Source: the human T2T-CHM13v2.0 reference genome, Homo sapiens. Taken from it: a stretch of DNA of 64,000 bases. Below are positions 40,933 through 53,199 of this stretch, in pieces (within the stretch, counting starts at the first letter, position 1; each line of letters begins with the position of its first letter). The position numbers and the translations under genes are program-made. The notes under the pieces are model-generated. The model saw nothing but the letters and a program-made list of their open reading frames with translations, did not search any database and was not told the DNA's origin. The stretch is from the NCBI RefSeq assembly GCF_009914755.1, contig NC_060929.1; one strand, given 5' to 3'.

Positions 40933-41459
40933 CTCAGGTTATCAAATTAATTACAAACCAAATCTAAAAAAGTCAGATTCTTTAGAATTTTATGAGCGTT
41001 AACTTAAATAAATTATTTATGGGGATTCATGCTGGTCTCAGGATGGCAGCTGTTATCTGCCTGTGATTCTTTTTATCATTCCCCAGTCCCTCTTTTCTTT
41101 CTCTTAAAATATTTCTCAGGCAGAAACTGGTATATATTCCTTAATATTCTCAGTTATGCTTCCAGCAAAAGAAAGCTGAAATGAAACTTCTATATAATAA
41201 GTTATTTTAATATATATTTATTAAAACTTAGGTTATAGCTACACAAAGTAGTTGATCGCTAGGTACCTACATTTTATTAAGGAACCCTCTCTGTCTAGGT
41301 GACAGATGCTACATATATCTTATTCAGTAGTTAAAAAATCTGGCCATGTAGATATTAACCATATTTTTCTGAGAACCAAGTGTCAAACTAAATGGTTAGC
41401 TATGAGCAGGAGCTCTCCCGAAGCCTTGCTGTTTTCTGAAGTTTGTAGTGTAAGCAACG

Positions 41460-41830
41460 ACAGAGACTAGTAGATAAGATCCAGCTTGTCTCATCTAAAC
41501 ACAGAGTCTGCCATTCAATAGCTAGGTAACCTTGAACAGGGCATTTAATTTCTCTAATTCAGTGTCCTCATTTACTGAGGGATTTACTGAACATCTGACT
41601 CCTTCTCACCAACTCTACTGCAGCTGCCCTGCTTCAAAACACCAGCCTTTTTGCCCTGGATTATTGCAATAGCTTCCCAACTTGTCACCGCAGCCAGAGT
41701 GATTCTAATAAAACATAAGTCAGTTCATGTTATTTATCCTGTGACTCCAACTTCTTAGAATTGTAGTAAGGTCAAATGAGATATCCCCTATAAGGGACTC
41801 AGCACAGTCCCAAACATCCAGTACACATCC
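41460..41830 (+). mobile_element. MIR interrupted by a plus-strand L2 piece (~41592-41745)
   Basis: MIR 5' part (tagctaggtaaccttgaacagggcatttaatttctct...cagtgtcctcattt) resumes at ~41747 (cttcttagaattgtagtaaggtcaaatgagata...ctcagcacagt). Confidence 0.6.
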
Positions 41831-42385
41831 ATTCACTGGACAACTATCTACTGAGTGCCTACTATGTGCCTGGTGCTGGGGAGAGAGCAGTGAAAAATAC
41901 CAAGAAATATCCCTGACCCTGAAGAGGTTCCCGGAAAACACAAAATGTGTTAGATTGTGTTAAGTGCTAAGAGAAACACTGAAGCATGGAAGACTTGCAT
42001 GGAAGGGGGACACAGGACCACAGAAGACCTCATTGAGAAGATGACATTGAGTAAATACCTGGCAAGTGAGAGAGTGAGCCATGTAAATATGTGGTGAAGG
42101 AGCAGCCCAGGGAGAGAGGTCGGTAAGGGGCAAGTCCTTCCATGGAAGCAGGGCCATGTTTCTATGAGAAGAGTGTCTGATGAGTGGCAGGTCAGAGACA
42201 TTGTAAAGGGAGATATGTATCACTTAGGGCCTTGACGGACACAGCAAGGGCCTTGGTTTTTACTATCAGTGAAATGAAAAGTCAACGGAAATTACCATGA
42301 GTTGATTGTGTTTTATTAAGACTCTTTTGGCTGCTGGTGACAAGTTAGGAAGCTATTATAATAACACGTGGCAGACAGGCTGGTG
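41830..42385 (-). mobile_element. L2 remnant
   Basis: tactgagtgcctactatgtgcctggtgctggggagagagcagtgaa...gacctcattgagaagatgacattgag...aagttaggaagctatt. Confidence 0.8.
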
Positions 42386-42842
42386 TGCCATTATATCTGC
42401 CCATGTATGTACTCAGTATATAACTGTAATGTTATTTTATTATTATTTTCTTTCTTTTCATTATTTCTTAAACAATATAGTGTAATGTTATTATGGAGGG
42501 CATTTTTGTTTCTCAAAGCTTTCCCTCCAATACACTGCTACATTTCTTCACGAGAGTAAATAAGAAGACTGTTCTCTGTTCCTTAATGAGAAGAATTAAA
42601 TATTTGTCAACATGAAAGCTTTGAGCATTCAACTGGAAGTTTTTCTTATTTCTTGAACCTTACATAATTCTTCCTGGAGTCTAAGAACTAGTTGTATTCC
42701 ATACACATACCTGGTTTTAAGTATTTTGTACACATACTGTACAAAATGTAACATGAATGAAAGTCATGGTTCAAGCTTTCCAAGTTGAGGTTTTCCTTTG
42801 TCTCAGCCACAAGGACCAAGTAAAAATCAAGACTTTTGTTCT

Positions 42843-42932
42843 AATAATCATAATAGCAGTTAATGGTGGCATAGCACTTACTTTTTACCAGGCACTGTTC
42901 TCAGTGCTATAAACCTGTAAACTCGTATATAA
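42843..42932 (-). mobile_element. MIR, 3' portion
   Basis: taataatcataatagc...tagcacttactttttaccaggcactgttctcagtgct...actcgtatataa. Confidence 0.65.
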
Positions 42933-42936
42933 CATG

Positions 42937-43259
42937 AAATTTAGAATAGAAAAAGGAAGTCCAAGAACAACGTAGGATTATATTTCAAAATATTGCCCTT
43001 TTGACAGGCAATGGAGTGGGGTGGTTAAGAGGATAGGCTCTGAAGTCAGGCTGCCTGGTTTGACTTTCAACTCTATACTTATTAACTGAGTTACCTTGAG
43101 TATATGACTGAATCTCTTTGTGCCTCAGTTTCCTCAGTTTTAAAGTGAGGATGATGTCAATAGCCTGGCTTACAATAATTCCTATAGAAAAGGGCAATAT
43201 TTTGAAATATAATCTTACGTTGTTCTTCTTGGATTTCCTTTATTCCATTTCTAAATTTT
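42937..43259. repeat. ~65-70 bp inverted repeat pair enclosing a 185-bp spacer
   Basis: 42963-43002 and the reverse complement of 43188-43227 are 39/40 identical; similarity continues outward with indels. Confidence 0.95.
43003..43187 (+). mobile_element. MIR, 5'/core portion (opposite orientation to 42843-42932)
   Basis: gtggttaagaggataggctctgaagtcaggctgcctggtttga...ctctttgtgcctcagtttcctc. Confidence 0.85.
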
Positions 43260-44789
43260 CTCTCACTGTTATCATAAGCAGTTCAGGCTGGGAACTAAAC
43301 TTTTGCATTCCAAAAGCCCAGGCCTTTATGGAAATGTGTAAAGTTTTACAAAGAAGGTTACAATAATTTTTTTAAAAAAAGAGGATTGCAAAATGGAATG
43401 GGGAGGGGTAGAAATGGCTTGGTCATAAGAAATGAGAATAGCACTACTGCTCCTGAATTAAAAGTGATTCTTCCCTCTGTGGTCATGGGGAGAAGCACAA
43501 AGGTTGAGGTGAGGGGCTGCTGGCTCTCCCTCAGCTCCTGGGAACAGAGAAGACCCCTAGTCTGAAATGGTTATCTGATGTGCCCAGGTTGATGGGAGGG
43601 AAGGAATGAAGATGAGGTTATTTTTCAAAAGACTTTGGTTTAAAAATTCTGCCAGTCCAGTAGGATTGTGGCTTAAAATAGAAATTAAGTTGGGTTGTTG
43701 AAAACAAAAGAATTCATATTTCTTATAAATCTGAGTTTGTGAGCATGTGAATGAGACAAGGTAGATTAGATATCTACTTTAACCTCAGAAAATTCCAATC
43801 ACGTTTCCAACTACTGGTAATTAAGAAATCTAAAATTTGTCTTGCCCAAAGCTTATATAGCATTTCATTGCTGTTCCTGGAGCATGTGACTCTACTAGCA
43901 GCATAACAGAGATGACAAATCACACCAGTGTTATGCTGGTGTTGTAGGGCTAACACATATCCCATTTTGTGTTTAAATAGACTTGATTCTGAGGTGCTTT
44001 GTAAGTACATTTTATTGTTGAAATAGGCTATAGATAGAAATAACCAAATAACATGAGAGCTTTTTAATTAAAAAATAGTTGTATTTCCATATCATAAAAA
44101 CTGACTGGATGGATATTTTTAGGCATATACTTTGTTCTAAATTTGGTAGAGAAGGAAATAAAGGACAAGCATGATAGACAAAAATCCTTAAAGTACTTCC
44201 AAATCATAAATTGGCATGTTAGAGGTTACAGTCATGAATTGCTAGAAAGCAAAAACAAAAAGTCCTCTTAATAGGCTATATTAGAAATGAGTATAAAAGG
44301 TATTTTTGCTTTTATGAGAAGTCACCAGAAATATAGCAATGATTAAACTACACAGTTTTGAAAATAAACATGCAGTGTTACTGAGACTGGCAAGATTTCC
44401 CATAAGCAGAGTCATTAACTCTGATCTCCTTATGAGGTTAAAAGTCATCATCTGAAAGCTATCTTCCCAAATACTGTAAGAACAATTTTTGATCTGGCCT
44501 GCTGAAAGGAGTAAGCAGAAGTCCTAGTTAATGACATATTTTAATAAGTTAATTCTATTGTGCTCTCTATTGATTACCTTCTCAACTCTAAATATCACAG
44601 AAGTATTATGCAATCTATTATTGATTCAAATGGAATTCAGGATCTTGGTGTGGGTTCACCATAATGAACACCTATCAAAATGCTGCTGAAGCACCAATAA
44701 ATAAGAAGCAAGTTTAAGAGAGTGCAGGAGAAGAGAGAATTTATGGGGTATTTCTTAGCATGTGAATACCTTAGACCTCTTGACTGGCA

Positions 44790-45050
44790 GGATAGGACAA
44801 TGGCCAAATACACAAACTCTGTGCTCAGACACTCTGGGTTTCTGTCTCAGCTGTGCCACCTACTAGCTATATGAGCCTTGACAAATGACTGAACACTGTG
44901 CCTCAGTGCCTCCAGCAGACAGAATAGGCATACTTAATAATATTGATCTCATACAGTTGCCTGAGAATGAAATAAATTATTATATGGTAAGTGTTAAGAA
45001 CAGAGATTAGCACATAAAAATGCTATGCAAGCATTAAGTATTATTATTGG
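44790..45050 (+). mobile_element. MIR SINE
   Basis: ctgggtttctgtctcagctgtgccacctactagctatatgagccttg...ctgtgcctcagt...tagcacata. Confidence 0.75.
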
Positions 45051-47299
45051 CCATGAGAAAAATAGAAAATGTAGTCTATACTCTCCTTTTTAAAAACCAT
45101 GCTATAAATAATCATTCTTGCAAATACTTGAAAAAATAAATAGATAGATAGATAATTGAGTCTGCACCATGTGCCAAGCTATTATAAGCAACACACATAT
45201 TTTAAATCATTTTATACGGGAATAGGATTTTTAATAAAATAGTTTATTATTAGAGCTCAGAAGGATATAAAGGATATTTCTCCATTGAATTTTTTTGTGT
45301 AAAAAATGACTTACTTTTGGCAGTTATTGAGATAATCAGCTCCTGGGAGATGTATAAAGTTCCCACTCATCAACATTGGGATGAAAAGTAACTTCTATGA
45401 AGCAACTGAGATGATCTATTCAATTGCCTATGCAGTGTACAACTTGACATTCTTAGTGTCCAAGACTAAAGCTGGCACAGTGTCTTTAGATACCATGAAG
45501 GATATTTTAAATACAGGTTAACCAAAGACCAGACTGGATTCTAGCTAATTTAGGGTCAAATCAAGCTAATATAAACATATACCCCAAATCCAAAAGGCAT
45601 GTCTACTACCCCTTTCTCCCTCCATACAAGAATATCTCTATCTGTTCTTGTATCAGCATAAGTAGCAACTTATGTCACCCTGACTCTGAGATAAATACTA
45701 ATTAAAGAACATTTTTATGCTAGTAAACACTTGCCTCTCAAATCAGCTCTTTGAAATGTGTTATCACCTGGTTCTATAAAAAGCAAGCTGGGTGAGGTAG
45801 CTCCCAGACCTGCTGGGATAAATATTTGCCACTACACTAGTGGATGCTTCTTTTGCATACAAACCCCTTTGTAAATATAGCTCACAATTGTCAATATGAA
45901 GCCCAGGGAAATGAGTTTCTGTGGAGAAAACAGAACTGTTTGCTTATTCCCACAGATCCGGCCATTCTGTGCCCTCCGTTTGCTGGCAGGCAGCGACAGC
46001 TGGCCATTCCAGGGTGGACAAAAACATTTCCCCCTGGCATGTTCTCTTCACTGGCCTATGTTGAACGGAGTCCAAGTTCATTTATAGCTATTTCAAGGAC
46101 AGAATTTAAGATTATTTCAAGGGCTCTAACAACATTTGCTTTTCTAAGGCGGCATGGCAAGATACCCAATCTTGGTTGGTTCAAAGATTTAAGCCTATTA
46201 CCTCTCGACAAGCTGGGCAAATGTTCCTAGTTATCAAACACACACTTTTGCTATCTAGGAGCTTTAACAAAACAACTCAAAAACAAGGTACACTTTCTCC
46301 ATTTCCTTCACTATAAACTTCCTCAGAGGGCTCTCAGGTTTCTTGATAGCAGAAGGAGGTTAAATAAATGTTGAAAACAAACCATTAGACTTGCTGGGCT
46401 GGATTTTTGAATGGCCTCCAAATTCCAGCACAGCCTCTTCTTTCTGATGTTCCATTTTTAATCCTAGAATATTAAAGCAGTCGGTAAACATTAACTCACA
46501 TATCCCCTGAAAAATCTTTCTGGGTGGTAGATGACTTAGTTCCTAAGCGGGAAAGTATGTTTACAGGCTTTCCCTCTGGATGTCACGGCAGGTACCTGGC
46601 CATATCCTGTTCAGATGGGATGGGTGCATTTCCGCTTTTCACAGTCTAGCGTTATAACTCAAGTGCCTGGTTTAGGGCTTCCTTCATTGCTGATGCTCAC
46701 TGTGTCTTTATTGCATGGCTGAAACTCTGTCCATGATTAAAATAATCTTTTCTCTTGTTACTTCAATGGTGTCACCTAAAGTCTAAATTAGGAATAGAAG
46801 GGTTTAAATTAATTAAGTAAAAAAGAAAACAACTGCTCTCTTTTTTAAATTCTTCTGAAAATGAAGATTCATTCCACCACTGAACTCCTGTACAAAGAGA
46901 AATGATCAGTCGGTCACACAATGTGAGTCTAGATATATTTTATTGCTCTGTAAATATGTACATCCTAATTTCTCCTTTCTGGAACTGTATTTTAATTCTT
47001 ATTCTGCATTGGAATAAGAGTTCTAACCTTATTTCTTCAAAACCAGTTGAGTAATTTCTAACCAGTTTCTTCTTTATTCCCTAAATGTTTTCTTTTTAGA
47101 ATTTCCTTAACACTTTCTTAGAAATAATGGACACCAGATGTTTAAAGCTGAGAGCTCAAAATGTGTTTTTTAAAGCTAGTATGAAGTACTTTTAAATCCA
47201 TCAGTATTATAAATTATCATAAAAGAGATAAATTGTGAAACCATGCTGGTCATTACATTCTTAACATTATTCCTTTCATTAACATGGTGTTTGGTTGGT

Positions 47300-47638
47300 G
47301 GCCAGGCGTGGCGGCTCACACCTGTAATCCCAGCACTTTGCGGGGGCCGAGACCCGCAGATCACAAGGTCAGGAGACTGAGACCATCCTGCCTAACACGG
47401 TGAAACCCCGTCTCCACTAAAAATACAAAAAAAAGAAAAAAACAAAAAACAAAAAAGCTGGGCACGGTGGCGGTCACCTGCAGTCCCAGCTACGCGGGAG
47501 GCTGAGGCAGGAGAATGAATCACTTGAACCCGGGAGGCGGAGCTTGCAGTGAGCCGAGATCGTGCCACTGCACTCCAGCCTGGGCAACAGAGCGAGACTC
47601 CGTCTCAAAAGATAAAAATAAAAATAAATTAAAAAAAT
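47300..47638 (+). mobile_element. Full-length Alu (AluY/Sc-like) with expanded central A-rich linker
   Basis: ggccaggcgtggcggctcac...; ctaacacggtgaaacc and gcggagcttgcagtgagccgag are young-type features; many CpGs retained. TSD aacatggtgtttggttg / aaaatgctgtttggttg. Confidence 0.97.
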
Positions 47639-47819
47639 AAAATGCTGTTTGGTTGTTTTTGTTTGTTTGTTTGTTTGAACCCCCTGGGTTTCAGAGCGCA
47701 CGATAATTTCCTGCTGTACTATTTTCAGCTTAGGTGAAGGGGGATAAGAAAGAATGTGGAAAACTTAATGGAAAAGAAATCTTTTTATACTTCAGTTTCT
47801 GGAGCATTGCTTTATATTA

Positions 47820-48490
47820 GGCATCAGCAAATGTTTTCTGAAAAGGGCCAAATAGGTCATACCATATGACCATACATATGACCAAATGTAGGTCATACAG
47901 TCTCTGTCAAATCCTCACAACTCTGCCATTGTAGCATAAAAGTCATGATAACCTATATATACACCGTGGAATACTACTCAGCCACTGAAACGAATGAAAT
48001 AATGTCTTTTGCAGCAACTTGGATCCAGTTGGGGGCCATTATTCTAAGTGAAATAACACAGGAGTGGAAAACCAACAGTTGTATATTCTCACTTATAAGT
48101 GGGAGCTAAGCTGTGAGTATGTAGAGGCACACAGAGTGATATAATGGACTTTAGAGACTTAGAGGGGGAAGGTGGGAGGGGGTCTAGGGATAAAAAACTA
48201 CACATTAGGTACAATGTATACTACTCAGGTGATGGGTGCACCAGAATCTCAAAATTCACTGCTATATAACTCATCCAGATAACAACAAAAAACCACTGTA
48301 CTCCAAAAGCTATTGAAACAAAAATAAATAAATAATAAAAATAAAAAATACAATGTAAGCTTCATGAGGGCAAAAAAAAGTCACCAGAAGCAACACTGCA
48401 TAAATGGGTGTAGCTATGTTCCAATAAAACTTTATTATAAAAGTAGGCCACAGCAAGGATTTGGCTCCCTTAGCCATAGTTTACTAACCA
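47820..48490 (+). mobile_element. MER58A (hAT-Charlie) split by an L1 insertion
   Basis: 5' half tcagcaaatgttttctgaaaagggcca...caactctgccattgtagc; 3' half atgggtgtagctatgttccaataaaactttatt...ccatagtttactaacc. Confidence 0.8.
47946..48375 (+). mobile_element. 5'-truncated L1PB3/4-like 3' end with double poly-A
   Basis: tacaccgtggaatactactcagcc...gggagctaagc...gtacaatgtatactactcaggtgatgggtgcac...aaagctattgaaa plus A tail. TSD aaaagtca at 47938-47945 and 48376-48383. Confidence 0.9.
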
Positions 48491-48707
48491 TTTTTAAAAA
48501 TACTCTGCTTCTTGGATTTTGTGATGTTAAAAGAATACAGTTCATCAGAAAATTAAATTTAAAAAGCTTAGTCTAATAATATGCAGACCCTCTAGTACTG
48601 AGGGATATGAACCATACAATGTGAGTCTAGATATGGTATTTTATTGTTAAATAAAGGCAAATCAATTTAAAATAATATGTAATTAGTTTCTATTTTACTC
48701 TTCCAAC

Positions 48708-48773
48708 TTTTCCCTTTCCTTCCTTTCCCTTCCCTTCTCTCCCCTCCCCTCCCCTCCCCTCCCCTTCCCTTTC
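48708..48773. repeat. Polypyrimidine (CCCTT/CCCCT)n tract in place of an Alu tail
   Basis: ttttccctttccttcctttcccttcccttctctcccctcccctcccctcccctccccttccctttc. Confidence 0.9.
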
Positions 48774-49080
<307 letters not shown>

Positions 49081-50804
49081 TAAACTACATAGATTTACTT
49101 TTTAAAAATGGGCAGAAGGTAGGCACAGAGTAAAAATACTTCCCATCCAAAAACATCTTCATTCAAATAGGAACATCGGAGGCGACGTGGTGATTGACAT
49201 TCAGTCCAGCTCCTGATGAAAGTTATTAAGGCTCAGCTTCTCACTCCTGCAACCCTGCTCCTTCATCCCCACCAGCTCTGAAATCAAAGGTGTTGCTAAA
49301 AAGGAAGAATGCAAGGAAGGATCACAGGCAAGAGGGCACTGTGCCCAACACCTGGCCTTGCTACATGTTCTGGTCCCAGGTAAATTCCTGAGCAGGTGCT
49401 TCAGGAAGGGAAATAGGTTCCTGTGAATCTACTGCTCATCCCTACTCCCTGCAGTGGAAGCCATCAATTGAAAATAATATGTGAATGGTTTCTATTTTAC
49501 TCTTCAAACATTTGCCTTGCTTTAAGGATTGAATAGATTTCTACACTTGAGAATGTTTAACCTGATTTTGAGATTATCTTATTGTTGCCAACACCAAAAC
49601 ATACCTATGTGATTTTACCAAAGATAAGCGATAACATAGTTCACATTATCACCCAAATAAATGCTATTAGAAAGTACAGTTTGTAATATTATCTTCCTAG
49701 TCTATTGTTCAACTATAATTTAATATTGCAAAAATTTCTGCAAACTTAACTTTGGTAAAATCTTTTGTCTTAGTGTTAGGGCAAATATTCTCAAATCATT
49801 AACATAACCCCCCTTTTTTTTTTTTAAATGTATGAGGTCTTGGGCGAGAAAATCCTTGCCCAATATAGAAAATAATATCATCTCAGAGTTTAACTAGCAA
49901 AGCACATACAGTTTGTATGATTGACCAACTGTCACAAACAACTAAGAACTTGTCTCTAAACCTATGTCTCTGCATTCAAGACTTCTGTCAGAATGCTATG
50001 GGAATATCTCAGGCTAAAATGAAATTGCATTTTAGTAAGCAGAAACTTAATAAAATGTAATTTACTATATTTGAGGGAAGACTACCCAGTTTATTGATCA
50101 TCTATAATCTGTAAAAATTTTATTTCATTTTCATTTGTTGGCACTAGGTGAATGATCCTTTTCCCGACCAAATTCTAACACCAGCAGCTGCATGCCTTCT
50201 GAGAGCAGGGTGTGTACATCACCCAGAGAAGGCTACCGATAAACATTCATTCAGGGTGGCATTTGCTTGTTTGGATGCCTTAAAGTCCACGGTCCAGCCT
50301 TCAAACTTGAAGCATGAATTGTTGGCACACACACATTGTCTGGAAGCTGGGGATTCACAATAACCACCACTCACAGAGAGCACTGTATTAAACCTTAATG
50401 AAAGGGCTGAAGTGTCTAGATTAGCAGGTCAATATATTATTTCCCAGTAGATGAGCTACTTGGGCAGACGTGTTTTCATAGGTGTGATGAACTAGAACCA
50501 GAAGAGAAATTCATTATAAAGTAAGAATGTTAAATCGTCTCAGGGTTTCATAATTTTCCATCTTCATAATGGTCACATCTATTGGAAGGGTAGTCCTCTT
50601 GCTGGCTTGACAGGGTATTACTCACCTAAATAGTGTGCCGGAATAGGCATAGCTTCTCTTTTCCACCACAAATTCCTTACTCTCTCATCCCTTCTCTAAC
50701 CCAAGATCAACGGAATTAGAATGGAAGTAACCCAGAAATCTTCTTGTTTAGGGGATTCTCATACAGACAGACCCCGTTTTTGGTGACCCCTGTTCTTTGA
50801 TGTC

Positions 50805-51000
50805 AGACAGCCACAGATCAAAATTTTGGGTCTATCACTTATAAAAATTAACTTAGGAGAGTTACATAATCATTCAGATCCTCCATTTCTCATCTATCAA
50901 ATAGGTCTGATAATAATTTCCTATCAGGGATGTTGGAAGAAGTAAGAGCAATGATATTTGTAAACCCAATGCTGACTAAACACTCAATAAACTAGGTAGC
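50805..51000 (+). mobile_element. MIR SINE
   Basis: gatcctccatttctcatctatcaaataggtctgataataat...cactcaataaa. Confidence 0.6.
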
Positions 51001-51096
51001 TGTTTACTGTCTTTCCCTAAATAGGGTGTGATGCAATTGTTTAAGTCATTGTATGTTAAACCAAATTTCTATTTTAGCCCTGGATCTTGGAGAAAA

Positions 51097-51409
51097 TTTC
51101 TTTCTTTCTTTCTTTTTTTTTTTTTTGTTTGAGACAAAGTCTCACTTTGTTGTCTAGCCTGGAGCACAGTGGTGCAATCTCGGCTCACTGCAACCTCCGC
51201 CTCCGGGTTCAAGTGATTCTCCTGCTTCAACCTCCTGAGTAGTTGGGATTACAGGCACACACCACCACGCCCAGCTAATTTTTGTATTTTCAGTAGAGAC
51301 GGGGTTTCACCATGTTGGTCAGACTGGTCTCGAACTCCTGACCTTGTGATCCACCCGACTCAGCCTCCCAAAGTGCTGGGATTACAGGTGTGAGCCACCA
51401 CACCCAGCC
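51097..51409 (-). mobile_element. AluS (Sg/Sc-like) with (CTTT)n/T tail
   Basis: Full dimer; tcctgaccttgtgatccaccc; short aaattt(t)ct TSD-like flanks. Confidence 0.96.
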
Positions 51410-52898
51410 AAATTTTCTAATTAGTCTAATTACTCATTTGTAGTCATGTGATGATATACCTATGACTCCAATCAAATTAATTGGGGGTGGATGTCTCATC
51501 AATTCCCCAAAATAGAGACAAAGAGGCTTTTAAAAATAATTTTAATTACAAAAAACTCAAGGCACATATCAGTGGGTTGAGAATATTTCAACAGAAAGCA
51601 AGGCTCACCAGAGTCACATTTTGAGAAAACAGCCACTGGCTATCTGTGCCACATATTGTGGCTGCTTCTGATACTGTCAAGCCATGTTGGTGGCAAACCA
51701 GGCTTCGAATTCTGAAGTTCTCAAGGAGCTAAATCCAATGGGTGTTCCGCCAACAAAGAGGATCTCTCATCCTCCGATGGTGTTAAACTTCAAAACATGT
51801 GTGTAAAAAAGCTGACAAAGATTACCATTTTTTTTTTCCGTTTTTAAAAATAGCCAGCAAGGCAATTTACCCACCAAGGACTATTCTGTTCATGTTGTTC
51901 CTTCCACTTTTACTGCATATGCCCATATGCACGTTAACCATTTATTTTAAGTTGACACAGCTAGCAGCTAGTGATCATCCTAAAAAGCACATATGTGACC
52001 TGTTAGCTATTCTCGACAGATATATCAGCCTCTGGTTTTCCGGTCCTGTTTTGGTAAAAGAAGAATCCATGAAATGAGAGGTTGAAAATAAGTCCTTCAT
52101 GCCTTGCTGTGAGATCTTAAGAGAAGCCACTGACCAAGGCAGGCAGACAGATGACAGCTGCCTTATATTCAAACAATCCTGATCTGCTTCCAAAGATTCA
52201 GAAAACTCCAAGCATGAGCCGTGTTTTACTTAGCATCTGGTATCATCACAAGTATGTTTTCAATCACTCACCAGTTTTCAAAGGGTAATTACTTTTTTAT
52301 ATTGCCTGAATACATCATGTATGTGTCTTTTCTCAGGCTTTTGTGGATTTTATTTTTTGCAACAATGCTCATAAGCTTGTTACCAGGGAGTGGATATCTT
52401 AAACATTGCCACATGTCTAAATATGACAGATTGAATTAGAGGAAATGTAAAGAGTTGCATGACTCAGTGTTAACAATAAAGGACTTTTAAATTGCATTGT
52501 AAAGAAACATACTGTAGGAATTGTCATAAAGCACTAGGGTGAAAATATTTCAACATCGTTACTTCAGATAATTGCCCTTTTGAAAATTTCAAAGGAAGTT
52601 TAATTTAACTGAACTCAAGTTACCCAACCTTCTTTTATTTCTCAGAGCATGTGTTCTGCAGACGTGAGTGACAAATCTAAATCCTGGGAGCTAAGCCAAT
52701 GTTACATTTGCAATTCGTAAAATTTAAACCATCTCTGTGAAGATGCTTTTAAGTCAGTGTCCGGAGCATGTTTAAGCTCTACTTTCTATATAACTTTAGA
52801 CTTGTGGATTAATGATTATTTTTACAATAGCCTTTGCTATTTGTGCAACATGGCCACATTGTTTTGCAGTTTAGGAAAAATAGTCTTAAAAGTAGATT

Positions 52899-53199
52899 AT
52901 TATTTGTTTTTGACAAGGTCTCACTCTGTTTCCCTGGCTGAAGCGCAGTGGTGTTATCATGGCTCACTGCAGCCTTGACCTCTGGGTTCTAGCAATTCTC
53001 CTACCTCAACCTCTGGAGTAGCTGGGACTACAGGTGCGTGCCACCATGCCTGGCTAATTTCTGTTTTTGTTTTGTTTTGTTGTAGAGAAAAGGTTTTGCC
53101 ATGTTGCCAGGGCTGATCTTGAACTCCTGGGCTCAAGCCATTGGCCCCCTCAGCCTCTCAAAGGGCTGGAATTACAGGCTTGAGACACTGCACCTGGTC
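52899..53199 (-). mobile_element. AluJ
   Basis: atcatggctcactgcagccttgacc and aactcctgggctcaagc are J-type features. Perfect 12-bp TSD taaaagtagatt at 52887-52898 and 53200-53211. Confidence 0.95.

Noticed and set aside
45770-46030. TATA/MEF2-like ctataaaaag with E-box and TEAD-like words; 128-aa ORF at 45844
   Set aside because: The motifs are short and imperfect, and the ORF has no recognisable protein features.
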